In this document: in pieces, positions 13,214 to 30,058 of the stretch
Layout of the letters: each line of letters opens with the position of its first letter
Numbering within the stretch: the first letter of the stretch is position 1
From: the human T2T-CHM13v2.0 reference genome, Homo sapiens
Assembly: GCF_009914755.1 (NCBI RefSeq)
Contig: NC_060930.1
Length of the DNA: 64,000 bases
Reading direction: 5' to 3' (one strand)
Program-made: the position numbers and the translations under genes
Notes under the pieces: generated by a model
The model's input: only the letters and a program-made list of their open reading frames with translations
Database searches by the model: none
Told to the model about the DNA's origin: nothing

Positions 13214-16079
13214 GGTCAGCAAGTCCTGCTGACTTTTCGTTCAAATTGTATTTTGAATCCATCTACTCTTCTCCCTTCCCTCTGCCTCCACCCTAGCCAA
13301 AGCCACGATCATCTCTTACCTGGCTAAAATTTGTCTTACCTCCTTGCAAATTTCATTTTCCTCACTACAGCCAGAAAGATTTTTGAATATTGATATTTTT
13401 CACTCCCGGGAATTTCACTGTTTCTTTTCATAATTACCAGCTGTTGATTTCTAATGATCTTCTCTCACTTGATATATAGATACCCACCCACATCTCTCCA
13501 AAATACTAAGTATACAGATTTTAAGTTTCTGTTCTGATTAGACTATTAGCTCAGTTTCCTCAGTTATCAGCTTTTTCTTTTGTGGAGTTTGGTGATGTTC
13601 TTGTATGGAGTTTAGCATCTTCAAATAGTTGATGTACTTAGATTGTGTGTAAAGCTCTGTGCTTCCTGCTTGTTGTTGAAATGCAGCCTGGTTTCCTGCA
13701 GGTCTCTTGGGATGTGAGTGGGAGGTGATGCCTTGGCTTGCATTGTGGGGAAGGCCAGTACAGACCACCAGGCAGGGGCTCACTGTCCCACCTGCGTGTA
13801 GAGGCTGCCTCTTCCTCCTGGGTGTCATCTGCCATCCAAAGCTCTGACCTGGTCCTGGCCCCAGATTTCACACTGACAGGTACTGCTGGATGCAGAAGCA
13901 TCCCTTCCTGACCTGGAAATCGTTCCTAACAATGCAACCTAAAGGCCACACCACATTTTTTTTCCTTCATGACACTGATCACAATGAAGAGTTAGTAAAT
14001 ATTTACTCATTTATGGCTGGATTTGCCTACTAAACCAAGCTCTGTGAAGGCAGAGATCAAGTCTGTTTGGGCCACCACCGTGTACCCAGTTCTCAACACT
14101 GCACTTGACACACACTTATTTCAAGAAATCATTATTGAATACTGTGTTGTTGAGGCTTCCATAACACCTTTCATTTAAAGAAAGGGTTCTTAGCTCAACA
14201 CAGTTCGAAAACAACCACGAGAGAGGACACCCTTATCAAATCAGGAGCAAAGGGCCTTGTGCTTCTGTGTAGGTTCTGTGGGGAAAGGTACCTGGTGGGG
14301 TCTGCTGCACATGCCCCTTGTCCAGAGGGAGCTGCAGTCCTGCCGCTGTCCTAGGCTGACTCAGGAGCCCAACTTCACCTTCCCGAGAGCAGGGAGCTCA
14401 TTCTCCTCTGAACTCGCAGCCTGCTGCCAGCAGAGAGAGGAGGAGCCTGCAGAAACTGCTGCAGGGCCATTATGGGGCATTCGAGGAGATTACATTAGCT
14501 GCTGGGTCCTGGGGGGCTCAGCAGGCAGGAGGTGGAAGGAAGGAGGGAGGGAGGGCTTCAGCCTGCACCACTTTTGAGTTATCCTGGGGTGCCAGCACCC
14601 CCACCCTCCCATCAGTAGCACTGCCATCTGCACCCACCTGCCCATTGCTCTTCACAGTGGTAGCTGCTGCAGTTGGTAAGGGACCTTCCAGAAAAGAGAA
14701 TGCTCATGCCACTTGAGGAGGAGGGGGCTGTAGAGATCACAGCTTCTCCCCGCACCTCATTTGATAGCTAAGGGAGCTGGCCCAAGGTCACACAGGCAGT
14801 AATAAGTGGGGCTAGGGCCAGGATGCAAAGTTACTGATCCCCAGGGCACTGGGACTGCAGCAAACTGTCCTCTCCTTCTCTCTCTTTTCCTCCTTCCTCA
14901 TCCTCGTTCACCTTGTCTGCTGCATCTTCTTCCCAGCCTCTTACCACTTCAGCCCTGTGCCACCACTGCAAAGACACTGTCGCACCACTGACACCCCAGG
15001 CTCCTGGGCCACCACCATGCGTCTTGCCTACCTCTGCTTGGGGCTGAGGGGCTTGCTGGCCTCTGACCAAAGCTTTCTCTGTGGTTTCAAGCAGAATCTG
15101 GGAGCTGCAGTATTAATACCAGGGAGGGCCTGCACCAGCCCAGAATTCCCAAGCTTCTCCAGAAGCACTGGGGATTCATTTTACTCCCAGGCTCGCTCTT
15201 GTCCCAGGAGAACAAGAGCCTCATTCCCAGATTCCAGACCTGATTCCCTGAGATGAGAACATTTCTGAAGCCCCTGGACTGGTGCGTGGCTTTCATTTGA
15301 CAATCTCGAACACAGACCTTTGTCTTTATCCTCTCTGATCCCCTTCTGCCACAGCTCCTCCTGCTTGCCCACCTCCCCCAGACAAGATCATTCCCTTCTT
15401 TCGAGTTCATTCTCATATCTGACATTACCTCGACTGTTGTACCCAGCACACTGTATTGCAATGACCTGCTTATTTATCTGTTTCTTAGTCCTCCCAGGGA
15501 GTACCTTCAGGGCAGAATCTGTCTCCAGCACCTAAGGAGCCAGCGCTGAGAAGGTCCTCAATCATTGTGGGTTGGAAGGGATCTGGCCACCTGGGATCCA
15601 GCTCCGTGGTGCAAACGGGAAGAAGGAAGGCAGAGCCAGGTTTCCCATCCCCAAACCGCCCAACCCCACCTCCCACCTCCCACCCTCAGTTGGAGCCTAA
15701 GGTGACAAGGGGCTGCTGCTCCTACCTTGCTATGTCACAGTTTTCTAACAAACCAGAGCCTGTTCCCCCAGGTGAACGTGTGGGAAGGAGAACAGCCCGA
15801 GCGAGGAGGCCCCCGGAGCATTCCTGACCAGCTGGGGATCCTGGCGGGACGGGTCCTCCACAGGAGCATTTTCTAGGGTGTGTTCTGTGGAACGCTGGAC
15901 CTGTGATGTGCTCTGGGAATGAAAGGTTCAGAGGTTGGCTTTTGGGAAATGCCGCTTCCTACAAACCTATCTGTCCCTGTTGTAGCTTCACAGTACGCTC
16001 TGGTGTGTTAGGGCTCTGAGCGACCCTGCAGCACGAAATGTGAATTGTAAAACAGTGAAAACAAAACATTAACAGCGGG

Positions 16080-16720
16080 GGACATTCCTCTGCTGACCCC
16101 AAAGTTCAGCAGGTGCGGGAGAGGGAGGGGCGGACTCTTCTGTCTGCACAGGGCTTGGGGAGGCATCTCCTCCTCGGGGCTCGCAGACAGGGCTTCTCGT
16201 GCCAACGCTGCACCTCGGGGCGTGTTCTCCCACCCATCTGTGCTCGGGCATCCCTTCCCTCTCCTCTGGATTTTGTTTAGGCCTATTTGCAATTTCTTAA
16301 AAAAAAAAAAAAAATCTAATAAATAGTTGGAGCCTGAAAGAGAGCTGGCCAATGAAACGCCGCGTTGGGGCATTACCGCATCGGTGAGGCCGCCCATTGG
16401 CTGGCGTGCCCTGAGGCGATGGCTGCGTTTCCCCGGCACCGCCCCGCGCCGGTGCCCACGCGTCCCGGGCTTCAGGGGAGCACCTGGGAAGCGCTGGGGG
16501 TCGCGTGCCCTTGGCCGGAGGCCTGGTCACCCGCAGGCCCTGCCATCCTCGGCTTGGCCGCTGCTGCCCGCGCGCCTGTGGCGGAGCGAGCCTGCCTCCA
16601 GGGCAGCCTCACCGCCTGGATCCTGGGCAGGAGACCTCCCAGGTAATAACCGTGATCACGGTGTTGATGCTCACTCTGGGGCAAGGGTGCTCACGTGTTC
16701 TTGTACTTGAGCGGAGTAGC
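16080..16720. promoter_or_regulatory. CpG-island-like promoter candidate with two CCAAT boxes and GC boxes
   Basis: Non-repeat GC/CpG-rich segment, densest at 16350-16600. CCAAT 16349-16353, ATTGG 16396-16400, GGGGCGGAC 16127-16135, CCGCCCC 16439-16445, poly(dA) 16298-16314, possible donor CAG|GTAATA at 16643. Confidence 0.7.
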
Positions 16721-17255
16721 CCTTCCTTCAAAGTCAGCCCCGGTCCCCTTGCACTGTGCAGCCCTCTCTGCCGGACCCAGCCCTTAACTTCTAAAATGCT
16801 CATTGCCAGCGCCCTTCGTTTGGTATTTGTAGCAGATACTGTCTCCTGGTGCAGCGCCATGTCCGTTCCCCCTTTCTACCATGATATAAAACCTCCCGAT
16901 TTTTAGCTAGGCGCATGGCTTCTGGAATCAAAACTATGTTCCCAATTCCCTTGCAACTAGATGTGAGTAAGTTCAGGCCAATGGACTGGTCATGTTCTAC
17001 TTCCAGGAAGTGTCCCTAAAATAAAGGAATATGTCTTTTTAGGTCCCTTCCTCTCTCCAGCTGTCTGGAATGGAGCCGCCATGTCTGGTGCTCAAGCGGC
17101 CAGCTCTGACCCAGAGGTAACACGTTATGGATTGTGGAGCCGCAGGATGGAGTAGCCTGGGTCTGATGGTTCTGTTAGTCAAGGCTATCCAAAGAAGCAG
17201 GACCAATAGGAAATACATATGTTTACGTATGTATATATGTTATGTATATGCTATG

Positions 17256-17290
<35 letters not shown>

Positions 17291-17592
17291 AGAGAGAGTT
17301 AAGAAAGTGGCTCATGTGATTGTGGGACTGGCAAGTTCAAAATCTGCAGACCCAGAGAAGAGCTGATGTTGCAGCTCAAGTCTGAAGGCAATTTCGGGGC
17401 AGAATTCCCACTTCTTCAGGGGACCTCAATCTTTTCTCTTACAGCCTTTTACTGATTGAATGAGGCCCACCCACATTATGAAGGGTCACCTGCTTTACTC
17501 GAAGTTTACTGATTTAAATGTTAATCACGTAAAAAAAAAATCTTCACAGCAACATCCAGATTAGTGATTGAGCAAAATCTGGTTGCCATGGC

Positions 17593-18335
<743 letters not shown>

Positions 18336-18449
18336 CATGACCTTGCCAAGTTGACATGTAAAATGAACCATCACAACAGTGCTTATTTAACAAGACTGCA
18401 TGTGCTTCGGAGGCAGGCACAATGCATTCTTCTCTGAAAATTATGTGGT

Positions 18450-18950
18450 TGTCATAAATTGCTAAAGAGTTTGAGCTTTAAAACCATCAATGCTAGTGGG
18501 TGATTGAAGGTGGTAAGCAGGGAGTGCCAAAGTCAAATTTGGATTTTAGAAAAATCTCTGAAACCAGTGATGGGTAGAGGAGAGTGAGATTGCAATCAGA
18601 GAGACCGGTTAAGGGTTGATGTATGAAGACAGGTAGAAGATAGACACAAAGGGACAGTGATGGTGGGAAGAGGAGAACTGAACCGCACATTGGCAGGAGG
18701 AATAAGGAAGAGGGAAAACTGAGGGAGAATCCCAAGTGTCTCGTTTGAGAGGCTTAGGGGGATGCTGGTGTCATCAACTCAAGTAGAGAATGCAGCTGAT
18801 TTCTCCTTTTGTGGTGGTGAGCCTGGTGCAGCATCAAACAATTCATTTGCTTTTAGGCATATTGAGTTTTATTTGCCTTTGGGACATCTGCATAAGGATT
18901 CCAGCAGGCAGTTTGATATGCTAGCATGGAGCTCAAGTCTGGTTGGAATC
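18450..18950. mobile_element. L2 fragment
   Basis: 'ttggattttagaaaaatctctg', 'ttttaggcatattgagttt', 'gggacatctg...ccagcaggcagtttgatat' are L2-like. Confidence 0.6.
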
Positions 18951-20619
18951 CAGATTTCTATGTCTGTCTCCATCCAGCAATTAAATTTCCAAGAGCAGTG
19001 AACCTTCCCACCACACTTGCGTGTCTCGGTCCTAGCTCTTCCAAACATGCATGACTAGTTGCTTTTGTTTTCCTTTTTGGCCATTGTTATCCCAATAAGA
19101 TCAATTTCAGAAAGGATGTGAGCACCATTGAGGACCCCCTTGTAATAAAGACCCAATTGTAATTCATAACAGACATGAATCATATTCTGCTGTTCTGGGG
19201 GTCTTTCTAATTTTTTTTAAATTTAGAATCTTTGAATATCTCCCCCAAAGACCTAGGACTAGCTTGAATGTTAGAAGGATCTGTCTCTGGGCTGTACGGA
19301 GGAGTGTGGCTGCTATTTGAGAGCAGATTCTCGTGAGAAAACATTTCTCCCCCATGGAATTTTCTTCCATGAGTCTAAACCCATCCTGGCTCAGGGCCCT
19401 CCCAGTCTCCTGCACTGAGCAAGCAGATAGGGAGAGAGCAAAGAGGGGTGGTCTGGAGTTTTAGGATCTGCATTTGAATCTCTCCTCTTGATTTGCAGCC
19501 CTGGGCAAGTCTCTACCAATCTCTCGTTACTGAGCACCTGGTTTATGCCAGGTCCCAGAGCTTTTTGGGTTCTATCTAGGCCTCAGCATCTACATTGGAC
19601 AAAAAGGGTAAATATTTCTGCCATGCAGGGTTATTATGACAAATGCAATGAAATAGTAAAGGTGGAAGGGCCTCTCACAGTGCCTGCCTCAGAGTAGAAA
19701 GTCAATAAATGCTAGGGCATTCTGTGTCTGAAAATCTCACCTCTAATTATTCTCTTTCCCTTCCCAATTATACAAAACAGCAGCAGCAGTAACAGCAACC
19801 ACAAAATGCACTCCAAGGTACTTCTAACCATTTCTTGCTGGGGGAATGTTTGCATCCTTGGTTAGTTAAAAATTTTGTGTTCCTCCCGTGTCAGAAGCCC
19901 CTGGATCTTGTGTGAAGCTGTGCATTCCTTGATTAGTTTGTTTCTGTCCTTCTGTGGCTTGTTCTAAAGGGCTTTGCTGCTGCCTTCATCTGGGGAAATT
20001 CGCACACTAATGCAGTGGTATCTCATCCCAATCTATTAGGTGTGACAGCTACTGGCAAGAAAGAGATTTGTGTTTTACTCTATGTTGTCCAGCAGGGACC
20101 TCTATCACCCAAAGGGAAACAGCCACCTATCTATGAAGCGGTGATCTCCCCTACAAGCAAGAGAGCTCAATTGCCGGGAGGTCTTTGCTTTTTCTGGCTT
20201 CTGGGAATGCAGAAATCTCAGGGAGCCACTACTGGGCTCTTTCCCCATAGGATGTTGGGCCAGGCAACAGAACAAACCTCCTGAGGCACTTCTACCTGGG
20301 AATGACCTCCTGAGGCCGATGGCAGCCCTCTGATGAAGACACTGTAGTATTTATTTTTTGCAAATGTTGGTGATCATCCAGCGTACATCTCTGCTTAGTG
20401 AACCTTCGTGAACTGGAGGCCGAACATTCTCATCCTGCCTTGGTAGAACCACATAGGTTGGTTCCAGGCTGTTTTCTGTGCAACCCTCAACATGGCAGTA
20501 ATAGTGATGATGATGCTAATGATGATTGTAAAATCCGCAGTAGTTTCCATTTATTGCCCTGTTTGGCTTGTAAGACTTGGTAGATCACAATGACACTCTC
20601 TCTCTCTCTCTCTTTCTTT

Positions 20620-20830
20620 ACTGTGAGCCAGGGACGGGACAAAGCACTTTGCATGCATTATAACACTTTTCCTAACAATCCTGTAGCAGGCAGTAGTAGC
20701 ATCCCCGCTTTATAACTAAGGAAGCTAGAGTTCAAAGAGGTGAAGAGCTTGCCTTGAAGTTCAAGGCCATACAGCCCAAAGTGGCAGAATCAGACCTGCA
20801 CCCATGTCCATCTGCACAAAGCTGGTGCTT
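20620..20830 (-). mobile_element. MIR fragment
   Basis: 'aagcactttgcatgcatta...atccccgctttataactaaggaagctagagttcaaagaggtgaag'. Confidence 0.6.
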
Positions 20831-21809
20831 CTACCCTGTACAACACAGTGTGTTTCCAGTGGGCTGTGACTCTCCGGTGGTGGAACAAGCCTTGTCAATT
20901 GCTGTCTGCCACATCCAGTCTGACCTGGTTGCCTGGGCATTCTCCCACCCCATGGGCAGCAGCTGCTCTTGCTGCCAGGGCTCCAGGGTGTGGGCAGCGG
21001 ATGGGAGGGAGGGGAGGCCAGCTGTGCAGCTCTGCCGAGCTGGGACAGAGCTGGGAGGCAGGGTGCCTATTGATTGACTGAAATTGGATTTGTTGATACA
21101 AACTGCCAGCATTTCACAGTGATGAAAGGATTGCCCACCAGCCTCATAACAAGCAGAGATTTCCCTGAGGGCCACCAGAGCTGCTGGTGTGGCTCTTTTG
21201 TGAGGAGAAGAAAGCAATTAGGAGAACGGGTGAGGTTATTAGGTCTTATTGCTTCCCTCAGCTCCTGCACACACCGAGTGCTGCCCAGTGTGGGATTTCA
21301 GGCTCCCTGTCCTATGTCCTGCGGATTCTGTTTGCGCCTCTTCCACTGCGTAAAGCCAGCTGGGGGACAAACAGCTCGTGTACACTGACTCCAAGCATAT
21401 GGAGAATGCACACACAGATTTAGGGCACCAAAAGAAACCAGCAGGTGGAACCAGCTTTAGCAGACTTTAAAAATAACAAGATCATTGGAGTATAAATACA
21501 AATCCATGAATGCACGAGGCACACCCGTCTCTCTCTCCCTTGCTTTCTCCATCCCTTTTTATGTTTTGTCACATTAAAAATATTTAGACTGGTTTGGTTT
21601 AAAAGATCTATTCAGGTAAGTTGGCCAACTACACATGTCTACAGATGGGCAGGGGAGGAAGAGGAGAGGAGGGTATGTTCTGTCAGGACAGCATTGGTTT
21701 AGCAAGTGTTTATTGAAATCTGGAATATGCACAGCAGTAGGGGTGGGTGTATGAGGGGGAGAGGTAAGAAAATATCAGGAATAATGTCACCTTATATTGT
21801 ATAAGTGGG

Positions 21810-22770
21810 TTTTTGTGGCAAAATATACATAACATAAAATGTACCATTTAACCATTTTAAGTGCACAGTTCAAGAACATTAAGTACTTTCACATTATGTA
21901 TGGTGCAGCCATCACCACCATCCACACCATCCATCTTCAGAACATTTTCATCTTCCCTAACTGTAAATCTGCCCTCATTAAACAATAACTCCCTATTCCC
22001 CCCTGCCCCCAGCTCCCGGCAACCAACATTCTACTTTCTGTCTCTATGAATTTCACTACTTTAGGTGCCTCATATAAGTGAAATCATGGAGTATTTGTCC
22101 TTTTGTGACTGGCTTATTTCACTGGGCATAATGTCCCTAAGGGCCATCCATGTGGTAGTATGTGTTGGAATTTCCTTCCCTTTAAAGGCTTAATAATATT
22201 CTGTTCTATGGCTAGGCCACATTTTGTTTATTCATCATCCATTGATGAACACTTGGGTTGCTTCCATCTTTTGGCTATTGTGAATACTGCTACTATGAAC
22301 ATGAGTGTACAAGGATCTGCCTGAGATCCTGCTTTCAATTTTGGGAGGTATATTTCCAGAAGTGGGATTGCTGGATCATACAGTAATTCTGTTTAATTTT
22401 TCTGAGGAATTGCTATAACATTTTTTCTACAGTAGCTTCATCATTTTACTATTTTACATACCCATCAGCAATGTGAAAGTGTTCCAATTTCTCCACGTCC
22501 TTGTCTACACTTGTTATTTTCTGGGTTCTCTTTCTGGTTCTCTCTCTCTCTCTCTTTTTTTTTTTTTTCCATAATAGTCATTCTAATGAGTGTGAAGAGG
22601 TATCTCATTGTAGTTTTCATTTGCGTTTCCCTAATGATTAGTGATGATGAGCATCTTTTCATGTACTTATTGGCCATTTGTATATCATCTTTGGAGAGAT
22701 GTCTATTTAAGTTCTTTGCCCATTTTTAATTGAGTTGTTTGATTTTTATTGTTATGTTGCTTTATTTTTA
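21810..22770 (-). mobile_element. L1MB-class 3' fragment
   Basis: 3' end 'tgtggcaaaatatacataacataaaatgtaccatttaaccattttaagtgcacagttc'; ORF2 C-terminal peptide [25 protein letters not shown]. Confidence 0.88.
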
Positions 22771-22900
22771 TTTTTATAATGGCTAGGATTAGAGTTGTGG
22801 ATTTACCCCATTTTGTGGAGAAAATGAAGGTCATAGAAGTTCAGGAACTTGCCCGATGTCTTCCAGTTGGGTGGGACTGAAGTGCAGCCTTTTGGCTTCT

Positions 22901-24157
22901 TTTTTTTTTTTTTTATTACACTTTAAGTTCTAGGGTACATGTGCACAACATGCAGGTTTGTTACATATGTATACATGTGCCATGTTGGTGTGCTGCACCC
23001 ATTAACTCGTCATTTACATTGGGCATATCTCCTAATGCTTTCCCTCCCCCCTCCCCCCATCCCACAACAGGCCCTGGTGTGTGATGTTCCCCTTCCTGTG
23101 TCCATGTGTTCTCATTGTTCATTTCCCACCTATGAGTGAGAACATGCGGTGTTTGGTTTTTTTGTTCTTGCAATAGTTTGCTGAGAATGATGGTTTCCAG
23201 CTTTATCCATGTCCCTACAAAGGACATGAACTCATCCTTTTTTATGGCTGCATAGTATTCCATGGTGTATATGTGTCACATTTTCTTAATCCAGTCTATC
23301 ATTGATGGACATTTGGGTTGGTTCCAAGTCTTTGCTATTGTGAATAGTGCCACAATAAACATACGTGTGCATGTGTCTTCATAGCAGCATGATTTATAAT
23401 CCTTTAGGTATATACCCAGTAATGGGATGGCTGGGTCAAATGGTATTTCTAGCTCTAGACCCTTGAGGAATCGCCACTCTGTCTTCCACAATGGTTGAAC
23501 CAGTTTACAGTCCCACCAACAGTGTAAAAGTGTTCCTATTTCTCCACATCCTCTCCAGCACCTGTTGTTTCCTGACTTTTTAATGATTGCCATTCTAACT
23601 GGTGTGAGATGGCATCTCATTGTGGTTTTGATTTGCATTTCTCTGATGGCCAGTGATGATGAGCATTTTTTCATGTGTCTGTTGGCTGCGTAGATGTCTT
23701 CTTTTGAGAAGTGTCTGTTCATATCCTTTGCCCACTTCTTGATGGGATTGTTTGTTTTTTTCTTGTAAATTTGTTTGAGTTGTTTGTAGATTCTGGATAT
23801 TAGCCCTTTATCAGATGAGTAGATTGCAAAAATTGTCTCCCATTCTGTAGGTTGCCTGTTCACTCTGATGGTAGTTTCTTTTGCTGTGCAGAAGCTCTTT
23901 AGTATAATTAGATCCCATTTGTCAATTTTGTCTTTTGTTGCCATTGCTTTTGGTGTTTTAGACATGAAGTCCTTGCCCATGCCTGTGCCCTGAATGGTAT
24001 TGCCTAGGTTTTCTTCTAGGGTTTTTATGGTTTTAGGTCTAACATTTAAGTCTTTAAACCATCTTGAATTAATTTTTGTATAAGGTGTAAGGAAGGGATC
24101 CAGTTTCAGCTTTCTACATATGGCTAGCCTGTTTTCCCAGCGCCATTTATTAAATAG
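22901..24157 (-). mobile_element. 5'-truncated L1PA (about L1PA5-6) inserted in a MIR-like relic
   Basis: Poly-T tail, L1PA 3'UTR, open ORF2 C-terminus (LFNKW.WEN...[11 protein letters not shown]); short TSD GCTTCT at 22895-22900 and 24157-24162. Confidence 0.95.
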
Positions 24158-24402
24158 CTTCTCATCCTGCCTTTCTCCTCTGCTCATGCCGTCTACTCCC
24201 AGGTGGCAAGAAGTGGTTCACACCTTTTCAGAATTCACATTTCACTTACAAACAATACAGGAGGACATAAAATATGTGTCAAATGAAGGTTACAGAGGAT
24301 GAATTTTATGGACATTCAGAAAAAAGGTCCTGATGTCTGGGTCATTTGGGAAGATTCTGTGACAAAGGGGAACCAGAGCTGAACATTAAAAAATAGTGTG
24401 AT

Positions 24403-26870
<2,468 letters not shown>

Positions 26871-26887
26871 AGAATAGTGTGACATGC

Positions 26888-27555
26888 ATTATATAATGCC
26901 CCCCAAATACGTCCACATCTGATTCCGAGACCTCTGAAGATCTTACGTTATTTGGCAAGGAGGAATTAGGTTGCAGGTGGGTTTAAGGTTGCTAATCAGC
27001 TGACTTTGAGATAGGAAGATAATCCTGGATTATCTGGGGGCCCAATGACATCACAAGGGTCCTCACAAGTGGAAGAAGGGGCAGGCAGGAGGGTCAGAGA
27101 AGACAAGGCAACAGACTCAGAGAGGCAGGCTGACATGATGGGAGAAGGATTCTGCAGGCCATTGCTGGCTTGGAGGATGGACGAAGGGGATTGCCAAAGA
27201 TAAACAAAGCTGGACACTGATTAAAATGATCAGGACAGATTTAAATCAGTAAAAACAATTGCTGATTTAACAGGGAGAGGGGTCTGTGGTGAACTGCACT
27301 CAACTTTGTACAGAAGTGAACCAGCGTGTTGAAGGGAGAATGCGAGAGTGGGAGGGGAGAAGCTGGAAAAAGCCAAAAACCAGATTCTTCCCCAGAGCCC
27401 CTAGAAAGGAACATGGCCCTGCTGGCACTCGGAGTTTAGCTCAGCGAGACTCATTTGGACTTCTGACCTGTAGAATCCTAAGAGAAAAAACATATGTTGT
27501 TTTAAGACACGGCGTTCGTGACAATTTGTTGCAGTGACAATAGGAAACTAATACA
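26888..27555 (+). mobile_element. MLT1D/E-type MaLR LTR with an unrelated ~150-bp LTR-like insert (~27200-27355)
   Basis: 'ttaaggttgctaatcagctgactttgagataggaagataatcctggattatc' and terminus 'gacaataggaaactaataca'. Confidence 0.8.
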
Positions 27556-27659
27556 AATAGCCAGAACTTAGATAAGCAGAGAATCCAGACCTCTGGTGTG
27601 AAGAGAGGACCATGGGGAGGAGATAAATCTCACTACAACAAAGTGTTTGATTTGGGAAG

Positions 27660-27835
27660 AAAGAATCGCTAACACACATGGAGCTCTCCTTGTTCCGGCG
27701 GGGTTTAAGCACTCAGGCATGCATTTTCAAGAATGCTCTGAGGTTGGTACTATTATTATCCCCATTTGCAGGGGAGCAGACTGAGGCACAGAGAGGTTAA
27801 ATAAGTTGTCTAAAATCACAGTGGTGGTACGTGCT
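27660..27835 (-). mobile_element. MIR
   Basis: 'ctattattatccccatttgcaggggagcagactgaggcacagagaggttaaataagttgtc'. Confidence 0.75.
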
Positions 27836-28369
27836 GAGGTAGTAAGAGACAATACAGAGGGTGTGACTGCAGTGCTAAGGCGGTGAACTCCTGAGAGCTG
27901 CTGCGGCCCCTTTCCCAGCCTCAAAATGGTATGAGAGGGGTGGTGGGCCCTGCTCCTCTCACCGGGCAATGGCTCACTCAGCCTGGTTGGCTGCCTCTCT
28001 AAGCCTGGGGTCTGTCTCTGTGAGGAGCAGAGGGCAGGCCTGGGGAGCACATCCCCCATGTCCTTGCCATGTTGATAGTAAACCAAAGTGAGTAACTGCC
28101 ATTCTTCCCAAACCCTGAACCTGGGCTGTCCTTCTGTCTGGCTGAGCTCATTACCAGCTGGGAGGTGAGGCCCTGGCTTTCAGACCCTGACCTTGACCAC
28201 GACCTTTCACTGCCTCTCTGCAGCCAGGTGTGGGGAGTAGAGAAGGCCCCTGTGATGAAGAGCCTCCAGTGCCAGGACCAATATGGCAGATGTTAGGAAC
28301 AGTGGACTGACCTGCTTTCCAATGCTTGCTGAAAAGTCACCTGGCAGCAAGAGGTAGGAAGAATCAGTG

Positions 28370-28612
28370 GAGGGGTTTACGTGAATATTCACAGCGACAT
28401 TATTCATAATAGCCATAAGGCAGGAGAAACTCAAATGTCCCTCAATGGGTGAATGGGTCTAAAAGGTTTCTTTTTGAGGTGATATGAAAATTGACTGTGA
28501 AGATGGTTGCACATAACTGTAAATATAATAAAATCCATTGAATTATATACTTTAGTGGGGTGAATTGTATGGTATGTAAATTATATCTCAATGAAGCTGT
28601 CAAAAAGGTTAG
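28370..28612 (+). mobile_element. L1M 3' fragment with internal deletion
   Basis: 'attcacagcgacattattcataatagcc...aaatgtcc' joined to 'ttgtatggtatgtaaattatatctcaatgaagctg'. Confidence 0.7.
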
Positions 28613-29375
28613 TTGGGGAGAAGCTCCAAGCCAGCAGAGTGCTCTGTGCCACCCCAAGATGTGACATCTGGGGATGCAAAGACTGGAACTGTCAGCCAAG
28701 GCTAAGAGCCAGGCTGCAAGCTGGAACCAGGTTGTCCCAGAAACAGTGGACAGACACGCAGGGTGGGGTCCCTCAAAGAGCCTCAGAATCAAGCTGGGCA
28801 CAGATTCAAACCTGGCAGGCCTCTCACCCTAGGTTTTCTCATTCAAAAAGTGAGAGGTCAGAGGTCAGCGTTCTTCGACCTCAGTACACCAAAGACCTTC
28901 AAGCTCTCAGGGACTCTGCTCTGGACCTCAGGATGAAGGGTGAGGGGTAGAAATAATAAGTGGGAGGTTAGGACAGGGGTGAGGAGAGAGGACTGAAGTC
29001 ACACATGCTCATGCTGTGGGAAGAAATGGGAAGAGGCAGGTGTCCATTGGTTGGGGCCGCCAGACAAGCCTTACTCTGAGTCCTCCCACCGGTGGAAAGA
29101 GGCTCAAGACAGAAACTGGTGGTGTGGGAAGAGCATCTCAAGCTGGAAAGGAGCAGTTCCTTGCCACACCTGTAGATGCTTGACAGGTAGAAGGCTTCTG
29201 CCACTGTGAGGTCAGGAGGAAGGGGTGGGGGAGAATCAAAAGCAAGGGATGCATTTCATTCATTGCATTCCTGCACGCATGCAGTAAGAAAATATTTTTT
29301 AAGTTCAGGGCACCTTGAAGAGAGAGGTGAACAAAGAGAACAAAGTCCACATCCTCAAAGAGCTTTTGTTTTAGA

Positions 29376-30058
29376 GCTGTGCTGTCCGAGATGGCGGCCA
29401 CTAGCACGTGTAGCTACCAAGCCCTTGAAATGTGGCCAGTCTGAATGAGAGGTAAACAAAGGGCAAAATACACATCAATTTCAAAATTTAGACCAAAAAA
29501 TGTGAAGTATCTCATTAATGATTTTTCATATTGATTACATGTTGAAATAATAGTATTCGGGATATCATGGTGATATGGTTTGGCTCTCTGTCCCCACCTA
29601 AATCTCATCTAGAATTGTAATCCCCACATGTTGAGGGAGGGAACCGATGGAAGGTGATTGGATCATGGGGGCAGTTTCCCCCATGCTATTCTCGTGATAA
29701 TGAGGGAGTTCTCATGAGATCTGATGGTTTAAAAGTGGCATTTTCCCCTGCACTCTATTGCCTGCCACCATGTAAGATGTGCCTTGCTTCCCCTTCACCT
29801 TCTGCCATGATTGTAAGTTTCCTGAGGCTTCCCCAGCCATGCAGAACTGTGAGTCAATTAAATCTTTTTTCTTTATAAGTTACCCAGTCCAGGTAGTAAC
29901 TTTATAGCAGCGTGAAAATGGACCAATATACACGATTAAGTGAAATAAATTCTTAAAATTAATTTTACCTGTTTCTTTATGCCCTTTTAAATGTGGCTAC
30001 CATAAAATGTAAAATTACAGATGTGGCTCAAATTATATTTCTATTGAATAGCATTGCT
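29376..30058. mobile_element. MER33 (hAT-Charlie DNA transposon) split by a THE1/MST LTR
   Basis: 'gctgtgctgtcc...ccactagc...ttgaaatgtggcc' to 29570; resumes ~29933 'ttaaaattaattttacctgtttc...tatttctattgaatagcattg'. Confidence 0.8.
29571..29930 (+). mobile_element. THE1D/MSTA-type MaLR solo LTR
   Basis: Starts 'tgatatggtttggctctctgtccccac'; 'ccatgattgtaagtttcctgaggc'; ends 'gtgaaaatggaccaatata'. Confidence 0.92.

Noticed and set aside
16008-16906. 70-143 aa ORFs over the CpG island
   Set aside because: Present on both strands in several frames, Pro/Arg/Ala/Gly-rich, with no recognisable domain; expected from GC content.
20900-21450. Possible enhancer (unique sequence, TGATTGAC PBX-like motif at 21071-21078)
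   Set aside because: A single 8-mer is expected by chance in 64 kb; unsupported without conservation or chromatin data.
23276-24187. 303-aa ORF
   Set aside because: C-terminus of L1 ORF2 in a 5'-truncated copy with a few flank-derived codons; no promoter or RT domain.
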